A stretch of 39,545 nt of DNA. Source: Gemmatimonadota bacterium. Its GTDB lineage: Bacteria > Gemmatimonadota > Gemmatimonadetes > Longimicrobiales > Gaopeijiaceae. A model generated the notes under the pieces. The model had not been told where the DNA came from, did not search any database, and worked only from the letters and a program-made list of their open reading frames with translations. Location: NCBI GenBank assembly GCA_039589315.1, contig JBDHHQ010000048.1, positions 1 through 39,545 of the forward strand, read 5' to 3'. Shown piece after piece: positions 1 to 10,058 of this stretch. Both the position numbers and the translations under genes were made by a program. Each line of letters begins with the position of its first letter. Position 1 is the first letter of the stretch.

Positions 1-1605
1 GACCTCAGGGACGAGGACGTCTCGGTCCTGATCGTCTTCGGCGGAGTCGACAAGGGCGGCAAGGGCGAGACCGCCAACCGGCTCAGCTACTTCATGGATC
101 CACGCAGGATCATCACCCATGCCTACGACCGACCCAGTCAGGAGGAGGACGAGCGTCCCGAGTACTGGCGCTTCTGGAGGGACCTCCCTTCGAATGGCCA
201 CATCGGCATCTTCCTGAGGGCGTGGTACTCGAAGCCGTTGCTGCAAAGAGCCTTCGGCCAGATCGACATGAACGAGTACGATCACCGTCTGGACCGCATC
301 GTCGCGTACGAGCGAACGCTCAGCGAGAATCACACGCTGATCCTGAAGTTCTGGATGCACCTCGGCAAGGAGCAGCAAGCCGCCCGCTTCCGCGAGTTGG
401 AGCAGGACCCCCGGCAAGCCTGGCGGATGACAGACAAGGACTGGCGCCATTGGAGGATGTACGACGACTTCGCTTCCGCGGCCGAACACCTGATCGTGCG
501 CACGTCCCGGGGTCATGCCCAGTGGACGATCGTGGAGGCCACGGACCCTAACTACCGGAACCTGGAAGTCGCAGAGGCCGTGGCCGACGGGATCGAGCGG
601 GCCATCGTCAACCGCCGTCGCGACCGCGCCCTGTCCGTGTCCAGGGTCGAGCTCGACGAGGAAGCCGAGCTCGACGACGTGACCGAGCCCGAAGGTGGGG
701 CCAAGACCAGAGGCGACGCCGGGACCGACGACGGGACGGCCGCGAGCCCAACCATCGTACGGGCGCCCACCGTGTTGTCGACCCTCGATCTCAGCAAGAG
801 CCTGACCAAGGCCGAGTATCGCAACGCGCGGGACGAGCTCCAGGGGAGGCTCAACCTGCTCCAGCGGCACGCTAGGGAACAGGAGCGGTCACTCATCCTC
901 GTCTTCGAGGGCTGGGACGCGGGCGGGAAGGGTGGCGCGATCCGCACGCTGACCGGGGCGTTGGACGCGCGGAACTACAAGGTGACGCAGGTCGCGGCGC
1001 CAACGGACGAGGAGGCGGCTCACCACTACATGTGGCGGTTCTGGCGCACGCTCCCGAGAGCCGGCAAAGTGTCCATCTTTGACCGCAGCTGGTACGGGCG
1101 GGTCCTGGTGGAGCGGGTTGAGGGATTCGCGTCCGAGGAAGAATGGCGCCGTGCCTACGGCGAGATCAACGAGTTCGAGCTCGAGCTCGTGGACCACGGC
1201 ATGATCGTCGTGAAGTTCTGGCTCCACGTGTCTCTCGAGGAGCAAGCCCGTCGCTTCGAAGCCCGGCGTGAGGTCCCCTACAAGCGGTGGAAGCTGACGG
1301 AAGAGGACCTGCGCAACAGGGACAAGTGGCCGCTGTACGAAGCGGCGGTCCACGAGATGGTGCAGCGGACGAGCACGCCCTTCGCCCCCTGGCACCTCGT
1401 GGAGGGCGACGACAAGCGGTTCGCCCGCGTCAAGGTCCTGCAGACGGTCTGCTCGGCGCTCGATGCGGCGCTGGGGAGCGTCCCCGAGGGGGCCGATCTC
1501 GGCAGCGTCCCCGAGGCCGCCGATCTCGGCAGCGCGACAGCCGGGATTCCCAGCCGCTCGATCAAGGCGTTGAACTCCGCCACGTCGGTGTCGAAGATCA
1601 CCTGA
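1..1605 (+). CDS. pap: Two-domain polyphosphate kinase 2 (polyphosphate:AMP phosphotransferase), 5'-partial
   Basis: Frame is open from base 1 (DLRDEDVSVLIVFGGVDKGGKG). A second PPK2 domain has EGWDAGGKGG, FDRSWYGRV and KWPLYEAAVHEM. An acidic linker separates the domains. Confidence 0.92.
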   Translation, partial: DLRDEDVSVLIVFGGVDKGGKGETANRLSYFMDPRRIITHAYDRPSQEEDERPEYWRFWRDLPSNGHIGIFLRAWYSKPLLQRAFGQIDMNEYDHRLDRIVAYERTLSENHTLILKFWMHLGKEQQAARFRELEQDPRQAWRMTDKDWRHWRMYDDFASAAEHLIVRTSRGHAQWTIVEATDPNYRNLEVAEAVADGIERAIVNRRRDRALSVSRVELDEEAELDDVTEPEGGAKTRGDAGTDDGTAASPTIVRAPTVLSTLDLSKSLTKAEYRNARDELQGRLNLLQRHAREQERSLILVFEGWDAGGKGGAIRTLTGALDARNYKVTQVAAPTDEEAAHHYMWRFWRTLPRAGKVSIFDRSWYGRVLVERVEGFASEEEWRRAYGEINEFELELVDHGMIVVKFWLHVSLEEQARRFEARREVPYKRWKLTEEDLRNRDKWPLYEAAVHEMVQRTSTPFAPWHLVEGDDKRFARVKVLQTVCSALDAALGSVPEGADLGSVPEAADLGSATAGIPSRSIKALNSATSVSKIT

Positions 1606-4600
1606 AGCCGCTGGCGCAGTTCGCCCCACACCGCGTTCAGGTGCTCCAGCCTTCGCATGGCACCGGCCGTGGGGGCGCCCTCGGGTCCACCCGCGATGTA
1701 GCCGTCCGTCCCCGTCACGTTGCCATACAGCTCGGCATATTGGTTGTCCAACATCCCCGGGAACCGGATCGGATCCTGACCGCTCTCGCTCCTCAGCTGG
1801 ATCAGCAGCTCCTCGACTCCGGTCAAGCTGGACGCCACCGAGTCGCCTGCCGCTGCGACCTCCTCGCCGTGCCCCAGCTGCTCGGCCCGCTCCATGGTCT
1901 CGTCGATCTGAACCTTGGCGGACCGGATGCTCTGGATGGCCGCATGTACCGCCGTCAGTGAGTCTCGTACGGCCATCGCTACGCGGAACTGCTCGTCGTA
2001 TTCCGCCTGGGTCACCTCGGGGATGCGTGGATCCGGCAGGAGCTGGAAGTCGCGCACATGGGTCTGCTCCCCAGCGTCGAGCTGGACCTGATAGGTGCTC
2101 GGGGGAGCCTTCACTCCACCGCTATAGCCCCACACGACCGAGCCTTCGGTCAGGTCGGGGCCCGGGTACATGAGGTCCCAGACGAGCTGGTTCATTCCGG
2201 GTTCCACCGGTAGCGGATCGGTGCCCGCCGCCTCCGCTGCGGCAGAGTCGCTCGAGAACGTGCGGACCGTCTCGCCCAGAAAATCCTGGAGCTCCAGCGT
2301 GATGGGCTCCCTCGGCTCCTCGGCGAGGTAGTACCGGATCAGCGCTCCACCAGGGTGGGGTTCCGGCGCCAGCCCGCCGAGGCCGCCCCCCCCGCTCACG
2401 TCGGCCCGATAGGCGTCCTTCGTGCCGAACAGGTGGCTCACGCCCGTCACCGTGCCGTCGAAGACGTCGAAGAGGGGAGTCCGGTCATCGAGGATCCAGA
2501 ACGACCGTCCCTGCGTCGAGACGATGATGTCGCCGTGAGCCACCCGCATGCCGGTGACCGGTGTCACGGGCAGGTCGAGCTGCAGGGACTGCCAGCGAGC
2601 TCCGTCGTCGAACGATACGAAGAAGCCGAACTCGGTGCCCGCGTACAGGAGGCCTCGGCGCTCCGGGTCCTCCCGGACCGTCCGCACCGGATGGTCGGCC
2701 GGAATCCCGTTGGCGCCCGTCGTGGCCAGGCGCCAGGTGGTGCCGAAGTCGTCAGTGATGAACACGTAGGGTCGGAAGTCGTCCATGCGGTACGCATGTA
2801 CCGCCATGACAGCTCGGCCCTGCTGTTGCGTAGAGAGATCGATCTCGTCCACCGTCCCGAGCGACGGCATCTGCGCGGGCGTGATCTCCGTCCAGGTGGC
2901 CCCGCCGTCACGAGTGATGTGCACACGGCCGTCGTCGGTCCCCGCCCAGAGCTCGTCCGCCGCGTGCGGGGATACCGCCACGCTGAAGATGGTGTTGTAG
3001 ATCTCCACGCCGGTGATATCGGCGTTGATGGGCCCGCCGCTGAAGTCCTGGTGCTCCGGCGTGTTCGTGGTCAGGTCGTCGGAGATCGTCTCCCAGGTCA
3101 TGCCGCCGTCGGTGGTCCGATGGAGCCGCTGGGAGGCGTGGTAGACCACATCGGGGTCGTGGGGCGAGACGACGATGGGCGCCACCCATTGGAAGCGCTC
3201 CTCCAGGTCGCGGGCGGCCTGCCCCAGCTGGAGCTGGGGGTAGTTGATCACATTGCGGCGTTGGTCCTTCGCGATGTCCATGCGGTTGATGGATCCGCCG
3301 TAGCATCCGCCCCAGACGATGTTGGGGTCGTCCGGATGAAAGGCGACGGGGCCGGTCTCGCATGCCGCCGGATAGCGCCAGTGGGACTTGGCGTGGAGGG
3401 AGCTGGCTGAGGTCCAGGCGGGCACGCTGATGGCGGTGTTGTCCTGCTGGGCCCCGTAGAGACGGTACGGGAAGTCGTTGTCCACGATGACGTCGTAGAG
3501 CTCGGCCGTGGGCTGGTTCAAGTAGGTGGACCAGGTCTCTCCCCCATTCACGGTCACCTGGCCGCCCCCGTCGTCGGCGACGATCATGAGGTTCGGATCG
3601 GTCGGATTGATCCAGAGATCGTGTACGTCGCCGTGGGGGACCGGTACCGCCTCGAAGGTCACACCGGCGTCGACGGACCTGTAGAGACTGGTGTTCAGGG
3701 CCCAGACCGTATTCTCGTCCTGCGGATCGGCCTGCACGTGGGTGTAGTACCAGGCCCGCTGCCGCAGGTTGTTCTCGTCATTGGTTCGCTCCCACTCGTC
3801 GCCCCCGTCGTCGGAGCGGTAGACGCCCCCGTCGGGCTCGGCCTCGATTATGGCCCACACGCGGTCCGGGTGGGCCGGCGAGGCGCTGACGCCCACTTTG
3901 CCCACCAGCCCCTCCGGCAGGCCCCCACTCAGCTTCTCCCAGCTGTCGCCCCCGTCCCTTGAGCGGTAGACGCCGCCCTCTTCCCCACCGCTGATCAGCC
4001 TCCAGGGCTTCCGCTCGCCCCGCCACATGCCGGCGAAGAGGACTCGGGGATTGTGGCGACTCATGGTCAGGTCGCTTGCGCCGGTCGAGTCGCTCAGCGC
4101 GAGGACGTGCTCCCACGTCTCGCCCCCGTTGGCAGAACGGAAGATCCCACGCTCCGGGTTCTTGCCGAACGGGTGGCCGAGCGCGGCCACGTAGACCAGG
4201 TCGGGGTTGTCGGGGTGGACCTCGATCCGGCCGATCTGTCCGGCCTCGGGCAGGCCGACGAAGGACCAGGTCTTTCCCGCATCGGTAGAGCGGTACACAC
4301 CCCGCCCCGTGGACGTATTGCCACGGATATCGACGGAGCCGGTGCCCACGTAGATGACGTTGGGGTCGGAATCCGCCACGTCCACGGCCCCGATGGAGGC
4401 CACGTCGAAGAAACCGTCGGAGATGTTCTCCCACGTGTGGCCGAAGTCGCGGGTGACCCACATGCCCCCACCCGTCGTGCCCATGAAGAACGTCTCGGGC
4501 TGGCCCGCGATGCCGGTCACCGCGGTGGAGCGGCCCCCGCGGAAGGGACCCACCATCCGCCATTTCAGTCCGTCGAACGTCTCCGGATTCCTGGCCTGGT

Positions 4601-4712
4601 TCGCGTCCGGAGCCGGGTCCTGGGCTGCGGCGCCGGTGGTGGAGCCTGCGGCGCAGGAAGCCAGGAATACGGCCAGGGACAGGGTCGTGAGTCGTGCGAT
4701 CGTGCTGCGCAT
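1278..4712 (-). CDS. VPS10/BNR-repeat beta-propeller glycosyl hydrolase-like lipoprotein
   Basis: Start ATG 4712 (MRSTIARLTTLSLAVFLASC, lipobox), WRMVGPFRGGRS, repeated SxDGGxTW Asp-boxes and a C-terminal helical region. The 3' end is anomalously extended. Confidence 0.88.
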   Translation of the reverse strand: MRSTIARLTTLSLAVFLASCAAGSTTGAAAQDPAPDANQARNPETFDGLKWRMVGPFRGGRSTAVTGIAGQPETFFMGTTGGGMWVTRDFGHTWENISDGFFDVASIGAVDVADSDPNVIYVGTGSVDIRGNTSTGRGVYRSTDAGKTWSFVGLPEAGQIGRIEVHPDNPDLVYVAALGHPFGKNPERGIFRSANGGETWEHVLALSDSTGASDLTMSRHNPRVLFAGMWRGERKPWRLISGGEEGGVYRSRDGGDSWEKLSGGLPEGLVGKVGVSASPAHPDRVWAIIEAEPDGGVYRSDDGGDEWERTNDENNLRQRAWYYTHVQADPQDENTVWALNTSLYRSVDAGVTFEAVPVPHGDVHDLWINPTDPNLMIVADDGGGQVTVNGGETWSTYLNQPTAELYDVIVDNDFPYRLYGAQQDNTAISVPAWTSASSLHAKSHWRYPAACETGPVAFHPDDPNIVWGGCYGGSINRMDIAKDQRRNVINYPQLQLGQAARDLEERFQWVAPIVVSPHDPDVVYHASQRLHRTTDGGMTWETISDDLTTNTPEHQDFSGGPINADITGVEIYNTIFSVAVSPHAADELWAGTDDGRVHITRDGGATWTEITPAQMPSLGTVDEIDLSTQQQGRAVMAVHAYRMDDFRPYVFITDDFGTTWRLATTGANGIPADHPVRTVREDPERRGLLYAGTEFGFFVSFDDGARWQSLQLDLPVTPVTGMRVAHGDIIVSTQGRSFWILDDRTPLFDVFDGTVTGVSHLFGTKDAYRADVSGGGGLGGLAPEPHPGGALIRYYLAEEPREPITLELQDFLGETVRTFSSDSAAAEAAGTDPLPVEPGMNQLVWDLMYPGPDLTEGSVVWGYSGGVKAPPSTYQVQLDAGEQTHVRDFQLLPDPRIPEVTQAEYDEQFRVAMAVRDSLTAVHAAIQSIRSAKVQIDETMERAEQLGHGEEVAAAGDSVASSLTGVEELLIQLRSESGQDPIRFPGMLDNQYAELYGNVTGTDGYIAGGPEGAPTAGAMRRLEHLNAVWGELRQRLQVIFDTDVAEFNALIERLGIPAVALPRSAASGTLPRSAPSGTLPSAASSAEQTVCRTLTRANRLSSPSTRCQGAKGVLVRCTISWTAASYSGHLSLLRRSSSVSFHRL
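1471..1534. repeat. 27-bp tandem repeat, about 2.4 copies
   Basis: ctggggagcgtccccgagggggccgat / ctcggcagcgtccccgaggccgccgat / ctcggcagcg; translates as LGSVPE(G/A)AD on the + strand. Confidence 0.85.
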
Positions 4713-4891
4713 TGCCGGAATCCCTCGATATGCCGGTGTGGTTGGAGCGGATAACCTGGCGAGACGAATCGGCCATTGCCAGGGGCGGGGCTCCGCTGAC
4801 GTTGGCTCTCTGGCTCCGTGGTGCGACCCTCTCCTAACTTGTCCCTCGCTTCGCGACCTGCCCTCACCACCCAACACGAGACGGTCTTCCC

Positions 4892-6571
4892 ATGTGTCGA
4901 AAGATCCAACTGCTTCCGGTCGTCGTCCCTCTGCTCGCGTGTCTCGGCTGTGGCGATGGGCAGCAAGGCGCACCGGCCCGTCCGACGGGCCAGGGGGCCG
5001 GGGCCCTGGGTGCCGAGACCCTGGCCGAATGGACGCGTATGCTCGCTTCCGACGAGTTCGGCGGCCGAGGCCCTTCGTCGCCGGGCGAGGAGCGTACGGT
5101 GTCCTACCTGCGCGACGAGTTTCAGAAGCTGGGGCTCGAGCCCGGGAATGACGGATCCTGGTACCAGGACGTGCCACTCGTGGAGATCACCGTGCTGGGA
5201 GCTCCGACGTTGACCGTGAGCGGGCCGGGTGGGGACCGGTCGCTCGTGTGGGCCGACGACTACGTCGGCTGGACCAAGCGGGTGTTGGAGCAAACCGGGC
5301 TGGACGGCTCCGAGCTCGTCTTCGTGGGCTACGGCATCGTCGCGCCCGAGTTCGGATGGAATGACTACGCCGGGGTCGACGTCACCGGCAAGACCGTGGT
5401 CATCCTCGTGAACGACCCAGGGTTCGCCACTCAGGATCCAGACGTCTTCCGCGGTAACGCCATGACCTACTACGGACGGTGGACTTACAAGTTCGAGGAG
5501 GCGACGAGACAGGGAGCCGTGGGGGCGCTCATCGTTCACCACGCCGCGCCGGCCGGCTACGGGTGGGAGGTCGTGACGGGGTCTTGGACGGGCCCCCAGT
5601 TCGACCTGGTGCGCGACGGCGGGAACATGGGCCGCGTGGCGGTGGAGGCCTGGATCCACGGCGACGCCGCGGCCGAGCTGTTCGCCGCCGGTGGGCACGA
5701 CCTGGCAGCGCTCGAAGCCGCTGCGGCCCAGCCTGGGTTCCAGGCAGTTCCCCTCGGGCTCACAGCATCGGTGGACATCGCCAACAGCGTGCGGGAATCC
5801 ACCTCCCGGAACGTGCTCGCCGTGCTGCCCGGGACGGAGCGTGCCGACGAGTACGTGGTCTACATGGCCCACTGGGATCACTTCGGCACCTCCGACGATC
5901 CGTCCCTGGCGGATCCCATCTTCAACGGTGCGAAGGACAACGCCACCGGGACCGCCGGCCTCCTGGAGATGGCCAGGACGTTCGCGAGCCTCGAGGAGCG
6001 GCCGGCCCGCTCGCTGCTGTTCCTGGCGGTGACGGCCGAGGAGCAGGGGCTGCTGGGCTCGGCGTACTACGGGTCCTACCCGGTCTATCCAGTCGAGAAG
6101 ACGGTGGCGGCGATCAACATGGACGTCCTCAACGTGGAGGGGCCCATGAACGACATAACCGTCATCGGATTCGGTAACTCCGAGCTGGACGAGTATCTGG
6201 TGCGGTTCGCGGCAGCGCAGGGACGGACGGTCGAGCCGGACCCCGAGCCGGAGAAGGGATTCTACTACCGATCAGACCACTTCAGCTTCGCGAAGGTCGG
6301 TATTCCCGCCCTGTACACGGATCCAGGCATCGACCACGTGGAGCACGGCGAGGACTGGACCATGGAGCAGCGGGACGACTATACCACGAATCGGTACCAC
6401 AAGCCGTCCGACGAGTTCGACGAGAGCTGGGATTGGCGCGGCGCCATCCAGGACCTGGAGCTCCTGTACGCAGTAGGCCACGACCTCGCCACGTCGTCGG
6501 CCTTTCCGAATTGGCGCGAGGGCACGGAATTCAGAACGATTCGGGACGCCGCCATGGCGGGCGCGCGGTAA
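4892..6571 (+). CDS. M28 family metallopeptidase with PA domain, probable lipoprotein
   Basis: AHWDH, GAKDNATG, TAEEQGLLGS, NMD, RSDH and YHKPSD zinc-ligand motifs; PA insert FVGYGI...WNDY. Confidence 0.93.
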   Translation: MCRKIQLLPVVVPLLACLGCGDGQQGAPARPTGQGAGALGAETLAEWTRMLASDEFGGRGPSSPGEERTVSYLRDEFQKLGLEPGNDGSWYQDVPLVEITVLGAPTLTVSGPGGDRSLVWADDYVGWTKRVLEQTGLDGSELVFVGYGIVAPEFGWNDYAGVDVTGKTVVILVNDPGFATQDPDVFRGNAMTYYGRWTYKFEEATRQGAVGALIVHHAAPAGYGWEVVTGSWTGPQFDLVRDGGNMGRVAVEAWIHGDAAAELFAAGGHDLAALEAAAAQPGFQAVPLGLTASVDIANSVRESTSRNVLAVLPGTERADEYVVYMAHWDHFGTSDDPSLADPIFNGAKDNATGTAGLLEMARTFASLEERPARSLLFLAVTAEEQGLLGSAYYGSYPVYPVEKTVAAINMDVLNVEGPMNDITVIGFGNSELDEYLVRFAAAQGRTVEPDPEPEKGFYYRSDHFSFAKVGIPALYTDPGIDHVEHGEDWTMEQRDDYTTNRYHKPSDEFDESWDWRGAIQDLELLYAVGHDLATSSAFPNWREGTEFRTIRDAAMAGAR

Positions 6572-6604
6572 GGTCGGGACAGAGGTCCGATTTCCGCCGC
6601 CGGT

Positions 6605-6634
6605 CCGCGGCGGGAGCGAGCGCTCCGGCCGCGG
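6605..6634. terminator. GC-rich hairpin between convergent genes
   Basis: ccgcggc-g-ggagcg-ag-cgctcc-g-gccgcgg inverted repeat; no clear U-tract. Confidence 0.35.
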
Positions 6635-6700
6635 TGCGTTCGATGGCCCGGCCAGACACGCCGCCTCCGCTCAGGCTACCACTGGAGGGCGGGCCAGGCC

Positions 6701-8164
6701 TCAGGGGAGAGGAGCGCGCGTCATGGGGTTCGAGTGGCGCCACATGCGGGTGACGTTTCCGGCCTGATCCGACTCGAAGACGACCTCCTCACCCAGGCTG
6801 CCGTCATCCCGGATCCTCCGAAAGACCCCTCCTTCGACGTACTTCAGCTCCGTCAGGCTCTCCATCGGGTCGTCCGTGGGGAGCGACAGCACGGCGAGGC
6901 TCCCCTTCCAGGGCAGCACGACCGATTCGCCTGCGAGCCAGTTGGTGTAGCGGCCTGCGTACCGCTCGAGCTCGGGGTCCGCCCACTTCGCCTCGCCGTC
7001 ACTTTTCAGCGCCTCCGCGACGGCGGGCGCCACGATCTCGTACGCCGTCTGGGTGAAGCTACGGCTGCTCACACCGTTCGTGTTGGTCATGAAGACCGTC
7101 GCCACCCGGTCTCCGGCGTTCAGGAGCAGGTGCGACTGATAGCCCGGGCAATAGCCGCCGTGGCCCACGAACGTTTCCTCCTCAGCTTCGTCCCGCCACA
7201 CGCTGAACCCGAGGCCTCGAGTCGTTTCCCAGTCAGGATCCACCCAGTGCACGCGATGCATCTCCCGGAGCGTGTTCCGAGAGAGGATGCTTTCGTCGTG
7301 GCCCTCGAGGACGCGGAACTGCCAGGACGCGAACCGCGCGATATCCTCCACCGTCGACACGAAGCCGGCCGCGGGAGCGATCCCCCGGACCGAGTAGGGC
7401 GGCACGACGTCGCGGCTGCCGTCACGGCGAATGGCCGAGTACCCCGTGGCGAAGCGCCCGCCCCTGTGCTGCTCCGGATGGTCGGCGTAGGTGTCGTCCA
7501 GACCCAGGGGCTCCAGGACGTGGCTCTGGACGTAGTCGCCGAACGGGATGCCGGCGGCGGCGGCCACGATCTCGCCGGCCAGGGTCAGGCCGAGGTTCGA
7601 GTACTGGTAGTAGGTGTCGGCGGCGTAGAGCATCTCCTGCATGGTCAGTCGCTCGACGACGGCTTCACGGGGGGGGAACGGGTAATCGGGTCCGGTCCAG
7701 TACGGGTGATCCGACTCCCGCGGCAGACCGGACGAGTGGGTCAGGATGCCGCGGACCGTCACGGGCCCGCCACGCTCGTGGGGGTCGTCGATCTGGAACC
7801 AGTCGAGGTGCTCCGCGACGGGGTCCTCCAGGTGGACCTTGCCGGCATCCCTGAGCTGCATCAGGCTGATGCTGGTGAACAGCTTCGATATGGAGCAAAT
7901 GGAGTACATGGTGCCGGGCGCAGCCGGGGCCTTCGTCTCCACGTGGGCGTATCCGAACCCCTCGCTCCACACGACGTCCTGGTCGTGCACCACCGCCATC
8001 GAAACACCGGGGAGTCGATCGAAGTCCCGCTTGGCGGAGACCCAGGCCTCGAGCACGCCCAGGGCCTCGCGCACTCGGGGATGCTCTTCCACCGACTGAC
8101 TCGAAGCCGGGGCGCCTGGAGCGAGAGCCGGCAGAAGGGCCAACAGTACGAGGTGCGCTCTCAT
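6701..8164 (-). CDS. Secreted serine hydrolase, beta-lactamase class C / AmpC-like family
   Basis: Signal peptide from ATG 8164 (MRAHLVLLALLPALA); SxxK (SISK), LTHSSG, YSN and HGG motifs. Confidence 0.9.
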   Translation of the reverse strand: MRAHLVLLALLPALAPGAPASSQSVEEHPRVREALGVLEAWVSAKRDFDRLPGVSMAVVHDQDVVWSEGFGYAHVETKAPAAPGTMYSICSISKLFTSISLMQLRDAGKVHLEDPVAEHLDWFQIDDPHERGGPVTVRGILTHSSGLPRESDHPYWTGPDYPFPPREAVVERLTMQEMLYAADTYYQYSNLGLTLAGEIVAAAAGIPFGDYVQSHVLEPLGLDDTYADHPEQHRGGRFATGYSAIRRDGSRDVVPPYSVRGIAPAAGFVSTVEDIARFASWQFRVLEGHDESILSRNTLREMHRVHWVDPDWETTRGLGFSVWRDEAEEETFVGHGGYCPGYQSHLLLNAGDRVATVFMTNTNGVSSRSFTQTAYEIVAPAVAEALKSDGEAKWADPELERYAGRYTNWLAGESVVLPWKGSLAVLSLPTDDPMESLTELKYVEGGVFRRIRDDGSLGEEVVFESDQAGNVTRMWRHSNPMTRAPLP

Positions 8165-8512
8165 CTCCACGTGCCTCCCCGATCGGTCGTTGTGGAAATC
8201 CCCGATGGTGGACGTGGTCCACTCGTCGCCCGGGGGTCCGTCCCCTTCTTGTCCCGCGGGGCCGTGTCGCACACGATATCGCGTCCGTTGGAGCCCACGA
8301 CGCCGAGCTCGTGGGCGGGAGCAGCCTGATGGCTGTCCGCGTTCGGGCCTCCAGCGGTGGGATGGGGTCATGGTCATGGCGGGGTCCCGAGCTCGCTCGC
8401 ATGGCTCGACCTCGCCCCTGCGGGGATAGTAGGGCGAGCGGGCGACTGTATCCAGTCCGGGTCAGGACGAGCGCGCTTCATCCGGACGAACGTCCGCGAG
8501 CGACAGGACGAG

Positions 8513-9967
8513 ATGATAGAACAGATTCGCAAGGCCGAGGCCGTGAGCCGTCAGCTCGAGCCGGATGCGGCAGCCCGCGAGGAGCTGCGAGACCGCGTCG
8601 TGGCCTACACCGAGGGGTTTCTCGAAGGGCTCCCCGAGTCCAAGACCTACGAGGTGGAGGCGAGCGGCGCTGCCGAGATCCGGGCGTGGCCCATCGGAGA
8701 GGAGCCCACCTCGCTTGACGAGCTGCTCGGCCTCTTCGGCAGGGCGGTCGACACCGGCGGCATCAATCCGGCGTCGGGAGGGCACTTCGGCTATATCCCG
8801 GGCGGCGGTGTCTATGCCGCTTCGCTGGGCGACTATCTGGCGGCTGTCACCAACCGGTATGTGGGGGTGCGGTATGCCAGCCCCGGAGCAGTCGAGCTCG
8901 AAGAATCCGCGCTGTCGTGGATGGCCGATCTGGTGGGGCTTCCCGCGGGGTGGGGGGGCGTGCTCACCTCCGGAGGCAGCGTCGCCAACCTCATCGGCGT
9001 GGTCACCGCCCGGGAGGCCCACGGCCTTCGCTCCCGGGACTACGAGCGAGCGGTGGTCTACACCACGGATCAAATCCATCACTGCGTGGACAAAGCACTG
9101 CGCATCGCCGGACTCGATGACTGCGTCCGGCGCACGGTGTCCATGGACGACCGGTTCCGTATGCAACCATCCAGTCTCGCCACTCAGGTGGACGCGGACC
9201 AGGCCGACGGTCTGATCCCATGGCTCGTGGTCGCTTCGGCCGGCACCACCGACGTGGGCGCCATCGACCCGCTGGAAGAGGTGGGTCGCATCGCCCGCGA
9301 CAAGGGGCTCTGGTATCATGTGGACGCAGCCTACGGCGGCTTCTTCGTCCTATGCGACGAAGCAGCGTCCCGGCTTTCGGGCATGTCCATGGCCGATTCC
9401 GTCGTCCTCGACCCGCATAAGGGCCTCTTCCTGCCCTTCGGCTCCGGGGCGATCCTGGTGCGGGACAAGGAGGCGTTGTACAGAGCACACAGCTACCACG
9501 CCCACTACATGCAGGACACGCTCTCGGAGCAGACGGTGGAGCTTGCGTCTCCCGGTGACCTCTCTCCCGAGTTCAGCAAGCATTTCCGGGGCCCGCGGCT
9601 ATGGCTCCCGCTCCAACTGCACGGGGTGGAGGCCTTCCGCGCCTGTCTCCAGGAGAAGCTCCTGCTGACGAGGTACTTCCACGCAGAGGTCGAGAAGCTG
9701 GGCTTCGAGGTGGGCCCGGAGCCCGAGCTTTCGGTCGCGACGTACCGGTGGGTCCCCGAGCGCGGCGATGCGGACGACTTCAACCGCCGGCTGCTCGACG
9801 AGATCCTGAAGGACGGCCGCACCTTCGTCTCCTCGACGCTCCTGGACGGCCAATTCGTGCTTCGGGTGGCGATCCTCTCCTTCCGCACGCGTCTCTCGCA
9901 CGTGCAGAGGTACCTGGGCCTGCTGCAGGACAAGGTCGCGACTCTGGAAGCGGCGGGCGTCGCCTAG
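8513..9967 (+). CDS. PLP-dependent group II (aromatic L-amino acid-type) decarboxylase
   Basis: TSGGS.AN, AGTT..GAIDPL, HVDAAYGG and DPHK (PLP lysine). ATG 8513 follows AGGA. Confidence 0.9.
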   Translation: MIEQIRKAEAVSRQLEPDAAAREELRDRVVAYTEGFLEGLPESKTYEVEASGAAEIRAWPIGEEPTSLDELLGLFGRAVDTGGINPASGGHFGYIPGGGVYAASLGDYLAAVTNRYVGVRYASPGAVELEESALSWMADLVGLPAGWGGVLTSGGSVANLIGVVTAREAHGLRSRDYERAVVYTTDQIHHCVDKALRIAGLDDCVRRTVSMDDRFRMQPSSLATQVDADQADGLIPWLVVASAGTTDVGAIDPLEEVGRIARDKGLWYHVDAAYGGFFVLCDEAASRLSGMSMADSVVLDPHKGLFLPFGSGAILVRDKEALYRAHSYHAHYMQDTLSEQTVELASPGDLSPEFSKHFRGPRLWLPLQLHGVEAFRACLQEKLLLTRYFHAEVEKLGFEVGPEPELSVATYRWVPERGDADDFNRRLLDEILKDGRTFVSSTLLDGQFVLRVAILSFRTRLSHVQRYLGLLQDKVATLEAAGVA

Positions 9968-10058
9968 TGGGCCCGATCCGGATCGTGGCCAAAGGCTGTC
10001 GGAGCGAGCCTGCCTCGGCGGTCGAGGACATCGGGCCACGCCTCTCCGAGCTGCCTCC

